From: a virus
Lineage: Duplodnaviria; Caudoviricetes
Reading direction: 5' to 3' (one strand)
Length of the DNA stretch: 61,040 nucleotides
IMG/VR virus record: IMGVR_UViG_3300033153_003434
Span: 1 to 61,040 of that record
Of the stretch, positions 31,479 to 41,301 are shown one piece after another. Under the pieces are notes generated by a model. It was not told the DNA's origin. It made no database searches and saw nothing but the letters and a program-made list of their open reading frames with translations. Made by a program: the position numbers and the translations under genes. Position 1 is the first letter of the stretch, and each line of letters begins with the position of its first letter.

Positions 31479-33310
31479 ATTTAGAAAACAGAAATACTAT
31501 AAGTTTTTTACATAGTTATTGGGGGGAATCTAATAAAGCCATCACTATATCTAATCGTTATGAATTGATTAGCAACTTTGGTTTACCCCAAAGCGAAAAC
31601 TACCAACAATGGTACAATGCGTACAACTACTTGAAATATCAAGATAGTATAGATATTGTTAGACCGCTTTCTATTTTAGTTGAAAATAAAAAATTAGATT
31701 TTACAGAGAACTTAGTTCCTGTTGCGGATAGTGTTGGTACTTTCTATAACACAGAAGTAGCTGATTTAGATACTATAGAACAAGGAAGTAGCGAAGGGTT
31801 TACAGTTATTGAGAAATATTGTAATAGTACTGAAAGTTTGGCTGTTGTGATATGTTCAAGTGCAACAACTTGGAAAAATCCAATAACAGATGAATATGTA
31901 GATATTGTAATTAGTAAATCTATAACAGACCCATCTGCTATTATTGCCCCCGATGATGGGGATACTTATATAGTGGGTGTTGGTGGTATTGGTGTTTGGT
32001 TTGGTGAAGATGGTAAATTAGCTGTTTGGGATGATGATAACACATTATGGACATTTGTAAGTACAACCGAAGGCAGTAGTTACTACATAACTACCGAAAC
32101 ATCCGAATTTTACAAAGATGGTAGTACTTTTGTTGAAAGAGATACAACCTTAGATTATATAGACCATGACGACCATACATACATTCGTCAAACATATACT
32201 TCAATACAAGACTCTGATGGGGTTGTAAAAAATTGTAATCAACTTATGACAACCTCTCCAAATTTTAGTAATGACGAATTTGCAATTTTTGTATTCAAAT
32301 TAAATTCTTTAGATTTATATGATTTGGTAGAACGATATACATGTAGTACTGATAGTACATCAATTATATATTACGATGATGTTATAAATGGTACTTCTAA
32401 TTACATATACCTAAAACATTTTGAAGGTGTATATGATAACACTGGATTTTCTCTAATGAGTAATATGTTAGTGTTCGATGATGCGCCTGTAGATTTCTTA
32501 AATGTTTTACCTGCTAATTATAAAACGATAATAGATACCATAGATTTTAACGATTATAATATAGTTATAAATTGTGAAATTGATAGCAGTCAAGCATATA
32601 TACCAACTGCTTGTATAGATACAACATGTTTATGTATTACAACTGCTTGGAGTGAATATGATACAACAACTGATTTAATAAATGATTTTGGTATATATTC
32701 AGATGCTTCTACAGGATACACTATTTTTGATAAAAACAATTTAATTATAGGTAATTGGAAAAAACAAACAGATACCTATAATGACACAAAACGAGTTCAA
32801 TCTTTTGGTGGGGATGTTGCGGGATATATTTTAGACGATGTAAAACAACCTGATTGGGATAATTGTCAAGAACTTATAATGTTTGGTTTTGAAGATATAG
32901 TATCTCTTCGTGAAAATAAAATCAATTTAGCATTAAATTATAACGATTATAAGAATTTTTTCACAACAGAGCAATACATACCTAAATTTAAATATGGTTA
33001 TAATGTATTAATTCATCATAAAATAGAAAAAGCTGTCGGTGAAATTATAAATAATAGTGATAACAGGTATAAACCACCATTTGAACGATATAAGGATAGG
33101 ATACAAGTTCCTATAAACAATTATCTAAATGGTTTAATTGGGATTGATATAGATAATTACACACTAAGTATAACATTAGATGATGAAAATGTTATAACAA
33201 TTACAATAAGTGTATCATATTACATGTTAATAGAAAACATCATAGTAAACTTTACAGCGACTATTGGCAATTTGAGTGAAACTATGTATATGTACTACAA
33301 AGATAAATAA
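31475..33310 (+). CDS. gp18: Divergent tail sheath paralog C with DUF2793-like insertion
   Basis: FGLPQSENYQQWYNAYNYLKY, IVRP, DTYNDTKRVQSFGGDVAG; eroded C-terminal domain; insert PDDGDTYIVGVGGIGVWFGEDGKLAVW. Confidence 0.75.
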   Translation: MNLENRNTISFLHSYWGESNKAITISNRYELISNFGLPQSENYQQWYNAYNYLKYQDSIDIVRPLSILVENKKLDFTENLVPVADSVGTFYNTEVADLDTIEQGSSEGFTVIEKYCNSTESLAVVICSSATTWKNPITDEYVDIVISKSITDPSAIIAPDDGDTYIVGVGGIGVWFGEDGKLAVWDDDNTLWTFVSTTEGSSYYITTETSEFYKDGSTFVERDTTLDYIDHDDHTYIRQTYTSIQDSDGVVKNCNQLMTTSPNFSNDEFAIFVFKLNSLDLYDLVERYTCSTDSTSIIYYDDVINGTSNYIYLKHFEGVYDNTGFSLMSNMLVFDDAPVDFLNVLPANYKTIIDTIDFNDYNIVINCEIDSSQAYIPTACIDTTCLCITTAWSEYDTTTDLINDFGIYSDASTGYTIFDKNNLIIGNWKKQTDTYNDTKRVQSFGGDVAGYILDDVKQPDWDNCQELIMFGFEDIVSLRENKINLALNYNDYKNFFTTEQYIPKFKYGYNVLIHHKIEKAVGEIINNSDNRYKPPFERYKDRIQVPINNYLNGLIGIDIDNYTLSITLDDENVITITISVSYYMLIENIIVNFTATIGNLSETMYMYYKDK

Positions 33311-33336
33311 AAAATTAAAATTACAAGGAGCTTATA

Positions 33337-34014
33337 ATGGCTGATACTATTAATAATTGGACTACAGAAGGTGACGGATGGGGTGAAGGATTTAACCCTG
33401 ATAAGTTCATACAACTACAAAACTTTAAAAAAGTTTTTAAAAACGGTACAAGAAAGAACAGATTTATGTTAGATTTTAAATATGTTACTTTTGGATGGGC
33501 TACAGAATTATTCCAAGCAGAGAATGGTAGCGCTGCGGGTGAATTAAAATTCTTAGTTGAATCTGCATCACTTCCAGGAAAATCTGTAAAGTCAATTGAA
33601 AGAGAATTTCAAGGAATGAAAACCTACTATGCTGGTGATTACGACCCACCTTCAGGATTTAGTGTTACATTCTTATCAGATATTGGCGGAAAAGCATACA
33701 GTTTCTGTGAATCATGGCTTAACGCAAAGAAAAATAACCTTACAAACACATATGGTTCTAAAGATTCGATTGAATTTCCTTTAGTAGCATGGCAAACTGA
33801 CGACCAAGGTGATGTTGTTGGTGCATGGATGATGTTTGGGTGTGTTATTAACGATTTGAGTAGCATTGATAAATCACAAGGAACAGGTGATTTCGAAACT
33901 TTCCAAGCAACATTTGATTGCGAATTTAGAGAAGTAATGTGGGGTAGTGGTGATGCTTTATTAGCAGCTGTGCCAACATTCTTAAACTTATACACTGCGA
34001 GTAGCATAGTATAA
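33337..34014 (+). CDS. gp19: Tail tube protein (T4 gp19-like)
   Basis: GTRKNRF, FLVESASLPG, FQGMKTYYAGD, FETFQATF; lies between sheath genes. Confidence 0.85.
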   Translation: MADTINNWTTEGDGWGEGFNPDKFIQLQNFKKVFKNGTRKNRFMLDFKYVTFGWATELFQAENGSAAGELKFLVESASLPGKSVKSIEREFQGMKTYYAGDYDPPSGFSVTFLSDIGGKAYSFCESWLNAKKNNLTNTYGSKDSIEFPLVAWQTDDQGDVVGAWMMFGCVINDLSSIDKSQGTGDFETFQATFDCEFREVMWGSGDALLAAVPTFLNLYTASSIV

Positions 34015-34056
34015 AAACTTCTCTGAAATATTAAAGATTAACAAAGGATATTATTT

Positions 34057-36540
34057 ATGAAATATGCAAGTAGCATTGAATTTAATGAAAAAAATGTAAA
34101 GGCTGTTCAAAGAGGTAGTGCCGAGCTAGACACTACCATTGGTATGCTTTTAAAAGCAAACTTTGGACCATCTGAAACATTAGTAGAAATCACATCAGAA
34201 TCCGAGTTGGTGGAAACGTTTGGATATCCTACTGAATATAACTACTTAGATTGGTTTAACGCTGCAGGATTTCTAAAACACTCTTCATCATTACATGTGG
34301 TAAGACCACTTTCAAGTATAACAAGTGCTAAAAATGCTTGTTTAATATTTGGAGATGGAGCACAACCTGGTGATAGTACAGCTACTAAACTATATAATGA
34401 ACAAACAGCAAACTTATCGTTAGAAGATAGCACAATAACACCTATCGATTCTGGCAAATTAAACATTTATAATAAATGGGCTGGTAATTTAAACGATATA
34501 TCAATAATGATGTGTACTTCTGAAACTGAATGGACTGAAAGTATTTCTGGTAGAGATGTATTTGACGAAACTATAGCTTTAGAATCTACTATATATACAA
34601 GAAGTACATTACCAACAATTGTAGAAGTTGTTGAAGGTGTAACGATTTCACATTTCAAAAACAAAGACAAAGTTGTTGTAGCAACACCTACAATAACTGG
34701 CGATGCTGTAGTTGAAATGGGATACTATATATATTATGCTAATTATACAACTACAACAACTGCTGAATGGGTAGCAACTACAAACCAAATAACTGATGAT
34801 GATAGAGTATTCGTAACTAGTAAAAATTTAGCTTATACATTCGACCACACATTTACAAGCGCAACTGCATTTAATAATTATTTAACCGATACAACAGAAG
34901 AAATTTATGCTAGTGAAGTAGCATTACCCGATGAAAGTGATTATAATTATAACGATAGAGTTCTTGTGAGAACTAATGATACACCTGATGTGTTTACTGT
35001 ATGGTATAATAATGAAGGTACTTGGACAACAACAGGAACAACTTTAGCAAATGCTGATAAGATATTTGAAATAAAAACACACAGCTATTCCGATTTGACT
35101 ATAGGTACTGGCGGTGGTGCTGGTACTGATACTTTAACTTTTACGCCTGATGCTGTAAGTGAAATTGATAATGCTGATAGCATGACACAAGATACAGATA
35201 TTACAATTTCAGATGAAATTTTAATTAAGAAAGATGCTAATGGTATAATTACAAATTCTGTGGTTAAATATATGGATGTAGGAATGTATAATAAAAGTGA
35301 TTACAGCCCTTTAACATATAGAGACATATTACCAACAAAACCAGATTTTGCACATAATGAGATTGGTTTAGTAGTTCTTAGAACAACTAGAGATGGTTGG
35401 TATCATGTAGAAGAAACATTTGTTAATTCGTTAACAAGTACTTCATTAAAAACTAACAGCAAATCAAATTATATAAGTACCAATGTAAACAATTATTCTA
35501 ATTTAATTTATATGAAAGCAAGTTCAGGTTTAAACACTTATGATTATATTCCAGATTTGTATAATAGTGTTTACTATACTAATATAGAACTTACAAGTAC
35601 TGACGATGTCGATTATTCTAACATAACAGATTACACAACACTATACAATGTTGCTACTGGAGTTTTTGGTAAAAATGGATATTTCCAACCTGAAATTTTA
35701 ATAGGTTATGATTGTGGTGATTCAACACTTAATAGTGGATACCTTGATGCAATGTCTTTAATAGCAGAAGATACTGGAATGTCTTTAGCTGTTGTTGGGG
35801 CTACAAGGTCAACACCAGGTCAAACAGAAACAGAAGCAAACGATGAAATTATCGAGAACTTAGGTAATGATAGAGATAACACATCATTTGGTGGATTAAC
35901 AGAATTCAACACTTATACATTCCCTATTGGTACTATGAAGAAATTCTATGACCAATATAACGATAAATATCGTTGGTTATCTGTAAATGGTGATGTAGCT
36001 GGTATGATGGCATATAACGATGCTATAAACGGACCACAATCAGCAGTTGCTGGTTATAATAGAGGTGAATTTACGAACTATGCACGAATGTTGTTTGATG
36101 CAAGAATAAACCAAAACTCTTTAAGTAGAAATGGTATAAATGCTATTATTAAAGAGGTTGATGATGGTAACTACTATTTGTTTGAATATTTAACAAACAC
36201 TACTATGGATGAAATTACAAAAGAAGCCAATGTTAGAAGAATGGTCATCAAATTTAAACATTTACTTAAAAATATATTAAAAGGTAATTTCTTTGAGTTT
36301 AACAATAGAGAAACCAGAGATATCACACTATACCAAATATCTGGAATATTTGAAAAATATAAAGCAAATGGTGGTTTACATGATTATAAACTTATTTGTG
36401 ATGAAACTAATAATACGGCTGAAAGAATAAATGCTAATGAGTTTTATCTGGATATACGACTACAACCTAACAGATTAATTAAACATATTACAATCAATAT
36501 CATAAATTATGATATGGGTTTAAATATTAAAGAACTATAA
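34057..36540 (+). CDS. gp18: Tail sheath protein paralog D (T4 gp18-like), closest to paralog B
   Basis: FGYPTEYNYLDWFNAAGFL, YDQYNDKYRW, ANVRR, ICDETNNTAERINANEF. Confidence 0.92.
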   Translation: MKYASSIEFNEKNVKAVQRGSAELDTTIGMLLKANFGPSETLVEITSESELVETFGYPTEYNYLDWFNAAGFLKHSSSLHVVRPLSSITSAKNACLIFGDGAQPGDSTATKLYNEQTANLSLEDSTITPIDSGKLNIYNKWAGNLNDISIMMCTSETEWTESISGRDVFDETIALESTIYTRSTLPTIVEVVEGVTISHFKNKDKVVVATPTITGDAVVEMGYYIYYANYTTTTTAEWVATTNQITDDDRVFVTSKNLAYTFDHTFTSATAFNNYLTDTTEEIYASEVALPDESDYNYNDRVLVRTNDTPDVFTVWYNNEGTWTTTGTTLANADKIFEIKTHSYSDLTIGTGGGAGTDTLTFTPDAVSEIDNADSMTQDTDITISDEILIKKDANGIITNSVVKYMDVGMYNKSDYSPLTYRDILPTKPDFAHNEIGLVVLRTTRDGWYHVEETFVNSLTSTSLKTNSKSNYISTNVNNYSNLIYMKASSGLNTYDYIPDLYNSVYYTNIELTSTDDVDYSNITDYTTLYNVATGVFGKNGYFQPEILIGYDCGDSTLNSGYLDAMSLIAEDTGMSLAVVGATRSTPGQTETEANDEIIENLGNDRDNTSFGGLTEFNTYTFPIGTMKKFYDQYNDKYRWLSVNGDVAGMMAYNDAINGPQSAVAGYNRGEFTNYARMLFDARINQNSLSRNGINAIIKEVDDGNYYLFEYLTNTTMDEITKEANVRRMVIKFKHLLKNILKGNFFEFNNRETRDITLYQISGIFEKYKANGGLHDYKLICDETNNTAERINANEFYLDIRLQPNRLIKHITINIINYDMGLNIKEL

Positions 36541-36548
36541 GGATAAAC

Positions 36549-37064
36549 ATGAAAACGATTTACACTATAAAATGTAATGAATGCGGTACAGTTCTTCCAG
36601 AAAACGAAATCAACATGTTGGCAGAAGATTATGGTCAATGTAATGATTGTTTTTATAAAAAGAACACACAATGCGATTTTTGTAGAGAATTCGTAATGAA
36701 TGAAAATGCCAACGAAGTTAATGTAAAAAAAGACCTTTACGATTTGTGTAATTGGTGTTTTGAAAACGAAGATTGGGATTCTTATCTTTCTGGCGATATA
36801 TTATCAGAAGGTTTTGAAAATGACCCTGATTACAACGATTATACCGAATTTGATGCAGAAGTAGTATATGACGACGATGACGACGACTTAGATAACCCTG
36901 ATTATTATCATTATAACGATGATGACGATGATGATGAAGAAGAAGAAATCGAGGAAGAAGAAGTTGAAAAAACACTTTATAAACCAGAACCTGATAAAAT
37001 CGAAGAAGCTATTAATGGGTATATAGATAGTGACCTTTTAGATGAAGAAGAGGGTGTTCGATAA
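36549..37064 (+). CDS. Double Zn-finger protein with acidic tail
   Basis: CNEC..CNDC..CDFC..CNWC then D/E tracts. Confidence 0.65.
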   Translation: MKTIYTIKCNECGTVLPENEINMLAEDYGQCNDCFYKKNTQCDFCREFVMNENANEVNVKKDLYDLCNWCFENEDWDSYLSGDILSEGFENDPDYNDYTEFDAEVVYDDDDDDLDNPDYYHYNDDDDDDEEEEIEEEEVEKTLYKPEPDKIEEAINGYIDSDLLDEEEGVR

Positions 37065-37103
37065 TATAAATAATTTTTATTTATAAGTAGAATATTTATG
37101 TAA

Positions 37104-37136
37104 AAAACAGCCCTCATAATATAGGGTTGTTTTATT
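37104..37136 (+). terminator. Probable terminator hairpin
   Basis: aaaacagccct-cataatat-agggttgtttt. Confidence 0.55.
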
Positions 37137-37153
37137 AAAAATTGAGGATAAAA

Positions 37154-38038
37154 ATGAAAAAGAAATCATTATTAGAAAGCTACACTACAATGCTAACCGA
37201 AAGTGTGGTAACTTTAGATAAAGAAATAGAAGAATTGTTAAATAGATATAGTAAAGAAATTGATGCTATAACTGTAGTTCCCCCAGAACATAAAAATTTT
37301 ACGAGTTGTAAACTTACAGATGCTAACGGAAAATTAGAACTTATTGATGTTAACGACAAAGCTTTACGACAAAATGTTGGTAAAATTTTAAAAAAATTAT
37401 ATCCTGATATAGATGTGGTTGGTGATAAAATAGTTCAAAAATTAATTTTAGATTTAAAACAGTTATCAACAAATACTTTAGAATCACAAATGAAAAAGTA
37501 TGGTGTGGATGTAACTGTTTATGATAATATTGCAGAATGGTATAAAAAATGTGCCGATACTGCTAACATAACTTCTTGTGTGACAGGTAGAGAAGATAAA
37601 ACCTTATCTTCATATACAAAAGACCCAAATATTCAAATAGCTATTATGACAGACCTTAAAACTGGTGAGCTTATTGGTAGAGCATTATTATGGCATAATG
37701 TTGAAGATACTGAAAGTAAAAACTTTAATACTTTATTGGATAGAACTTATCCAGGTGGTGATACAAACATACACGAAAAGTTTGAAACATGGGGTAAAAT
37801 TAACAAATATTGGGTTAGAACACGATTAACACATGGTGAATATCAAATAATAGATAATAAAACTATGAAATTAAGATTTAGATTTGAATTAAAACCAGAA
37901 GATATAAAACATGTGCCATATATGGATACTTTTAGAAATTTATATAAAAGTACTAACTACGATAATTTAATTGGAACAAATTATAGAACAAATAATAGAA
38001 ATTGGTGGGCTGATAACACAGTATTGAGGGTTGGATAA
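37154..38038 (+). CDS. Cys-GNAT-like family paralog 2
   Basis: Leader MKKKSLLESYTTMLTE; TSCV, IGRALLWH, LLDRTYP, PYMDTF; ATG at 37154 after GAGGA. Confidence 0.75.
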   Translation: MKKKSLLESYTTMLTESVVTLDKEIEELLNRYSKEIDAITVVPPEHKNFTSCKLTDANGKLELIDVNDKALRQNVGKILKKLYPDIDVVGDKIVQKLILDLKQLSTNTLESQMKKYGVDVTVYDNIAEWYKKCADTANITSCVTGREDKTLSSYTKDPNIQIAIMTDLKTGELIGRALLWHNVEDTESKNFNTLLDRTYPGGDTNIHEKFETWGKINKYWVRTRLTHGEYQIIDNKTMKLRFRFELKPEDIKHVPYMDTFRNLYKSTNYDNLIGTNYRTNNRNWWADNTVLRVG

Positions 38039-38040
38039 TT

Positions 38041-39594
38041 ATGTATGATTTACATGGTAATATATTAAATGAAGCAGGTGGTAATGTACCGTTTGTAGAC
38101 ATTGAAATAAGAGAAGTGTTGGAAAAATTCGGATTGAAGTATATGTCTGCTGATACTGACATAGTATCCATTAAAGTTACAGATGCAGAAGGTAAATTTG
38201 ATGTTACGAGAGTTAACAAAGTTGGAAAAGAAATAACTCAGAGAGTTAAAAAGTTTGGTGGTTTATTAACCGAATTATTCCCTGGTCTTGATGTTGTTGG
38301 TGACCCTACTATACAAAAAATGATAAACGAACTTAGAACAGTTTCAAATAAAATAGTTCTAAGGGAAGATTTTGAAATTCATGATGATATCACAAAATGG
38401 TATAGAGAACTTAAAAAAATAGATAAACATGTTTTTCATTCGTGTATTACTGGAAGGGAACAACTATTAGAACCAATTGAAAACGAGCCAAATATTCAAA
38501 TAGTTATAATGAACGATAAAAAAACAGGTAAACCTAAAGGCAGAGCCTTATTATTTCACAAAGTTCAGGATGCAGACACCAAAGAAGTTAATTCTTATCT
38601 TGAAAGATGTTATCCTAATAATGACGAATATGTAAAAAATGAATATATAAAATGGGCTAAACTTGAAGGATTTTGGTATAGAACTTATCAAGGTGCTAGA
38701 ACCGAAGATATATCAAAGATATCAGGTAAAGAAATGAAGCTCAGGTTTATGTTTGAAAAACCAATAGAAGAAATTCCATATCTTCCATATATGGATACCT
38801 TTAGAAACCTATGGGTTTTTAATGGTAAAAATAGAAATTATATAATAGCCACAAATTATAAAACTAAAAGTGCTCAATGGTGGTCAGATAACGAAAGAGG
38901 TTCTGATTTATCAAAACCTGGAAAAATAGCACAAGATTTTAGAGTTGTTAATAATTGGGTAGATGATAGAAGAGCACCTGACCCACCGCAACCACGAAGA
39001 GATGATGCTGTTTTTTTAGGTGATTGTCGATGGTGTGAAAGAAGTATTTACGATGATATGAATTATTACAACATTGCGTATGATGGTAATGATAGATTAA
39101 TGTGTGGTAATTGTTATGATGATTATGGTTTTCATTGTGATAGTTGTGATGAATATTTATCAAGAGATGATGCTGTTACGGTAAACCCCAACACTGGTAA
39201 TAGCATGTTAAAATGTTATACTTGTGCTGATAATGCTAATGATATAAAAAAATGTAGATGGTGTAGTAACTTTTATACTATAAACAACTTACACACCACA
39301 GACAATGACCATCTAGTGTGTGACTATTGTGCAACTAGAAGAAGAAGGAGGGGTAATGTGCATGTTGAAAAGTGTAAGGATTGTAATAAATATATCGAAG
39401 TTGATAGAAACAAACCAGTAAAAGAAGCGGGTATCAGACTATTAACCAGCAAAAAAAATGGTAATCAATATAGTTATTGTGATGATTGTATGATTAATAA
39501 TCATCAACCAGACGAATTTTATGAATTTAACGAAGATACGGTTAATAATTATAAAAAAGGCAAAAAACCAGATAGAGACCTTAATGATTGGTAG
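38041..39594 (+). CDS. Cys-GNAT-like family paralog 3 with poly-Zn-ribbon tail
   Basis: HSCI, GRALLFH, LERCYP, PYMDTF; eight CxxC pairs. Confidence 0.75.
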   Translation: MYDLHGNILNEAGGNVPFVDIEIREVLEKFGLKYMSADTDIVSIKVTDAEGKFDVTRVNKVGKEITQRVKKFGGLLTELFPGLDVVGDPTIQKMINELRTVSNKIVLREDFEIHDDITKWYRELKKIDKHVFHSCITGREQLLEPIENEPNIQIVIMNDKKTGKPKGRALLFHKVQDADTKEVNSYLERCYPNNDEYVKNEYIKWAKLEGFWYRTYQGARTEDISKISGKEMKLRFMFEKPIEEIPYLPYMDTFRNLWVFNGKNRNYIIATNYKTKSAQWWSDNERGSDLSKPGKIAQDFRVVNNWVDDRRAPDPPQPRRDDAVFLGDCRWCERSIYDDMNYYNIAYDGNDRLMCGNCYDDYGFHCDSCDEYLSRDDAVTVNPNTGNSMLKCYTCADNANDIKKCRWCSNFYTINNLHTTDNDHLVCDYCATRRRRRGNVHVEKCKDCNKYIEVDRNKPVKEAGIRLLTSKKNGNQYSYCDDCMINNHQPDEFYEFNEDTVNNYKKGKKPDRDLNDW

Positions 39595-39599
39595 TAACT

Positions 39600-39607
39600 T
39601 ATAAATA
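39600..39607 (+). promoter_or_regulatory. Late promoter TATAAATA
   Basis: Exact motif in intergenic gap. Confidence 0.6.
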
Positions 39608-39633
39608 ATAATAAACAAATGAGATTATAAATT

Positions 39634-41301
39634 ATGAAAAGAAAAGATATTAAAATGTTTGATAGGTTTCTATTTGAAAACCTACTAAAAGAAAGTTATA
39701 ACCTTTATGAAGCTTTAGAGATATCTAACGAAATTAGTAAAATTCTTCAAAGATACGGTTATGATATTCCTACCGATGTTGATATTCAAAAAATTGAACC
39801 ATCTAAACAAGATAATATGTTTGATGTTACTATTATTGATAAACAAGGTAGAGAAAAAAAGCAACAGAAAAAAATTACAAAACTTTTAAAACAACTATAT
39901 CCATCTATAGATTTAACAGGTAGTACAGAAGTGCAAACACTTATTAATGAATTAAGACTTGTAACTGGTGCTAAACAAGAAAGATATAAATTTGAAATTT
40001 ATGATGATGTTGCACATTGGTATAAAAAACTTAAAAATGAATATGGGGTTGGTTCTTGTGTTGTTGATGGTGGCAGAGTTGAATCGGGAGAAACTGACAG
40101 ACTTTTAAGAGGAATTGAAAAACTTCCAGAATTACAAATTGTAGTACTGTGGGATAACGAAAAGAAAACATATATAGGTAGAGCATTATTATGGCATGGT
40201 GTAACTGGCGCAGGTAAAAAAACATATCTCGATAGAACATATCCTGGTTCAAGTGAACCAATTCATTCTATATATATTAATTGGGCTGAAAAACAAGGTT
40301 ATAATTATAGAACTAGTATGAATCATGACGGTTATCAAAACATAAATAATAAAACCCAAAGAATTAAATTTAATTGTGGTAAAATTATTGACGAAGATAT
40401 CGTAACACTTCCATATATGGATACATTTAGATGGTGTACAGTACACCCTAAAACAGGGAAAATGTGGTTTATGAATTATAAACCAAGTTCTTCTATTACG
40501 ACAGTACATAAATTAGGTGCACCTGCTGGTGTAACTGTTTACACAAAACCAACTTGTGACCTTTGCGGTAAAGCACTTAAAAGAACACAAGAAATACATC
40601 ACACAGCACAATATAAAAGAGTTTGTAATGAATGTTTTGCAAATTTCCATAATTGTAAATTTTGTGATAGAAATTATAAAACAAATGGTAAAATTGATGA
40701 ATTAAACAGACATGATAACATGACTGAATTATCAACTGGTGGTTATAGTTATATATGTAGAAACTGTGCAAGTAAACGATTTAAACAATGTGCCAAATGT
40801 GGTAAATATGATTTCAAAAAGGAATATCGTGAATTTATCAATAAGAATGGTCAAACACAATATATCTGTGCTGAGGATGCTGAAAAACATGGTGTAGAAA
40901 CATGTGGTGAATGTAATGCTTACTCAGAAAATATAAAAACAGTTGTAGTTGGTGGTGATAAACATTTTGTTTGTAATAAATGTGGTGATAAATTTATAGA
41001 ATGTAGAAATTGTCATAATTATTTCTATGGTAACGATTTGTGGTATTCTAATAATTATCTATTTACATCTTGTTTCTGCGACCCTTGTTTCCAAGAAGCA
41101 GGTAAAGCATATAAAAAGAAATATGGTGATGACTTCTACAATGAAAATATTAAAAATGGTTTTACATTCTTTGATGATTTAGACGAAGATAATAAAAATA
41201 CTATTAGAAAGAAAAGTGTTGTGAAGGAAGGTAGTTATAAAACATATAATGATGTATATACAACTATATTAGCGGAAATGAGTGAACATGGACAGCTATA
41301 A
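39634..41301 (+). CDS. Cys-GNAT-like family paralog 4 with poly-Zn-ribbon tail
   Basis: GSCV, IGRALLWH, LDRTYP, PYMDTF; about ten CxxC-type pairs. Confidence 0.75.
   Translation: MKRKDIKMFDRFLFENLLKESYNLYEALEISNEISKILQRYGYDIPTDVDIQKIEPSKQDNMFDVTIIDKQGREKKQQKKITKLLKQLYPSIDLTGSTEVQTLINELRLVTGAKQERYKFEIYDDVAHWYKKLKNEYGVGSCVVDGGRVESGETDRLLRGIEKLPELQIVVLWDNEKKTYIGRALLWHGVTGAGKKTYLDRTYPGSSEPIHSIYINWAEKQGYNYRTSMNHDGYQNINNKTQRIKFNCGKIIDEDIVTLPYMDTFRWCTVHPKTGKMWFMNYKPSSSITTVHKLGAPAGVTVYTKPTCDLCGKALKRTQEIHHTAQYKRVCNECFANFHNCKFCDRNYKTNGKIDELNRHDNMTELSTGGYSYICRNCASKRFKQCAKCGKYDFKKEYREFINKNGQTQYICAEDAEKHGVETCGECNAYSENIKTVVVGGDKHFVCNKCGDKFIECRNCHNYFYGNDLWYSNNYLFTSCFCDPCFQEAGKAYKKKYGDDFYNENIKNGFTFFDDLDEDNKNTIRKKSVVKEGSYKTYNDVYTTILAEMSEHGQL

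Noticed and set aside
19352-36540. Bacterial contractile injection system (eCIS/T6SS) as the explanation for multiple sheaths
   Set aside because: T4-like terminase, late promoters, homing endonucleases and a tRNA cluster indicate a phage genome
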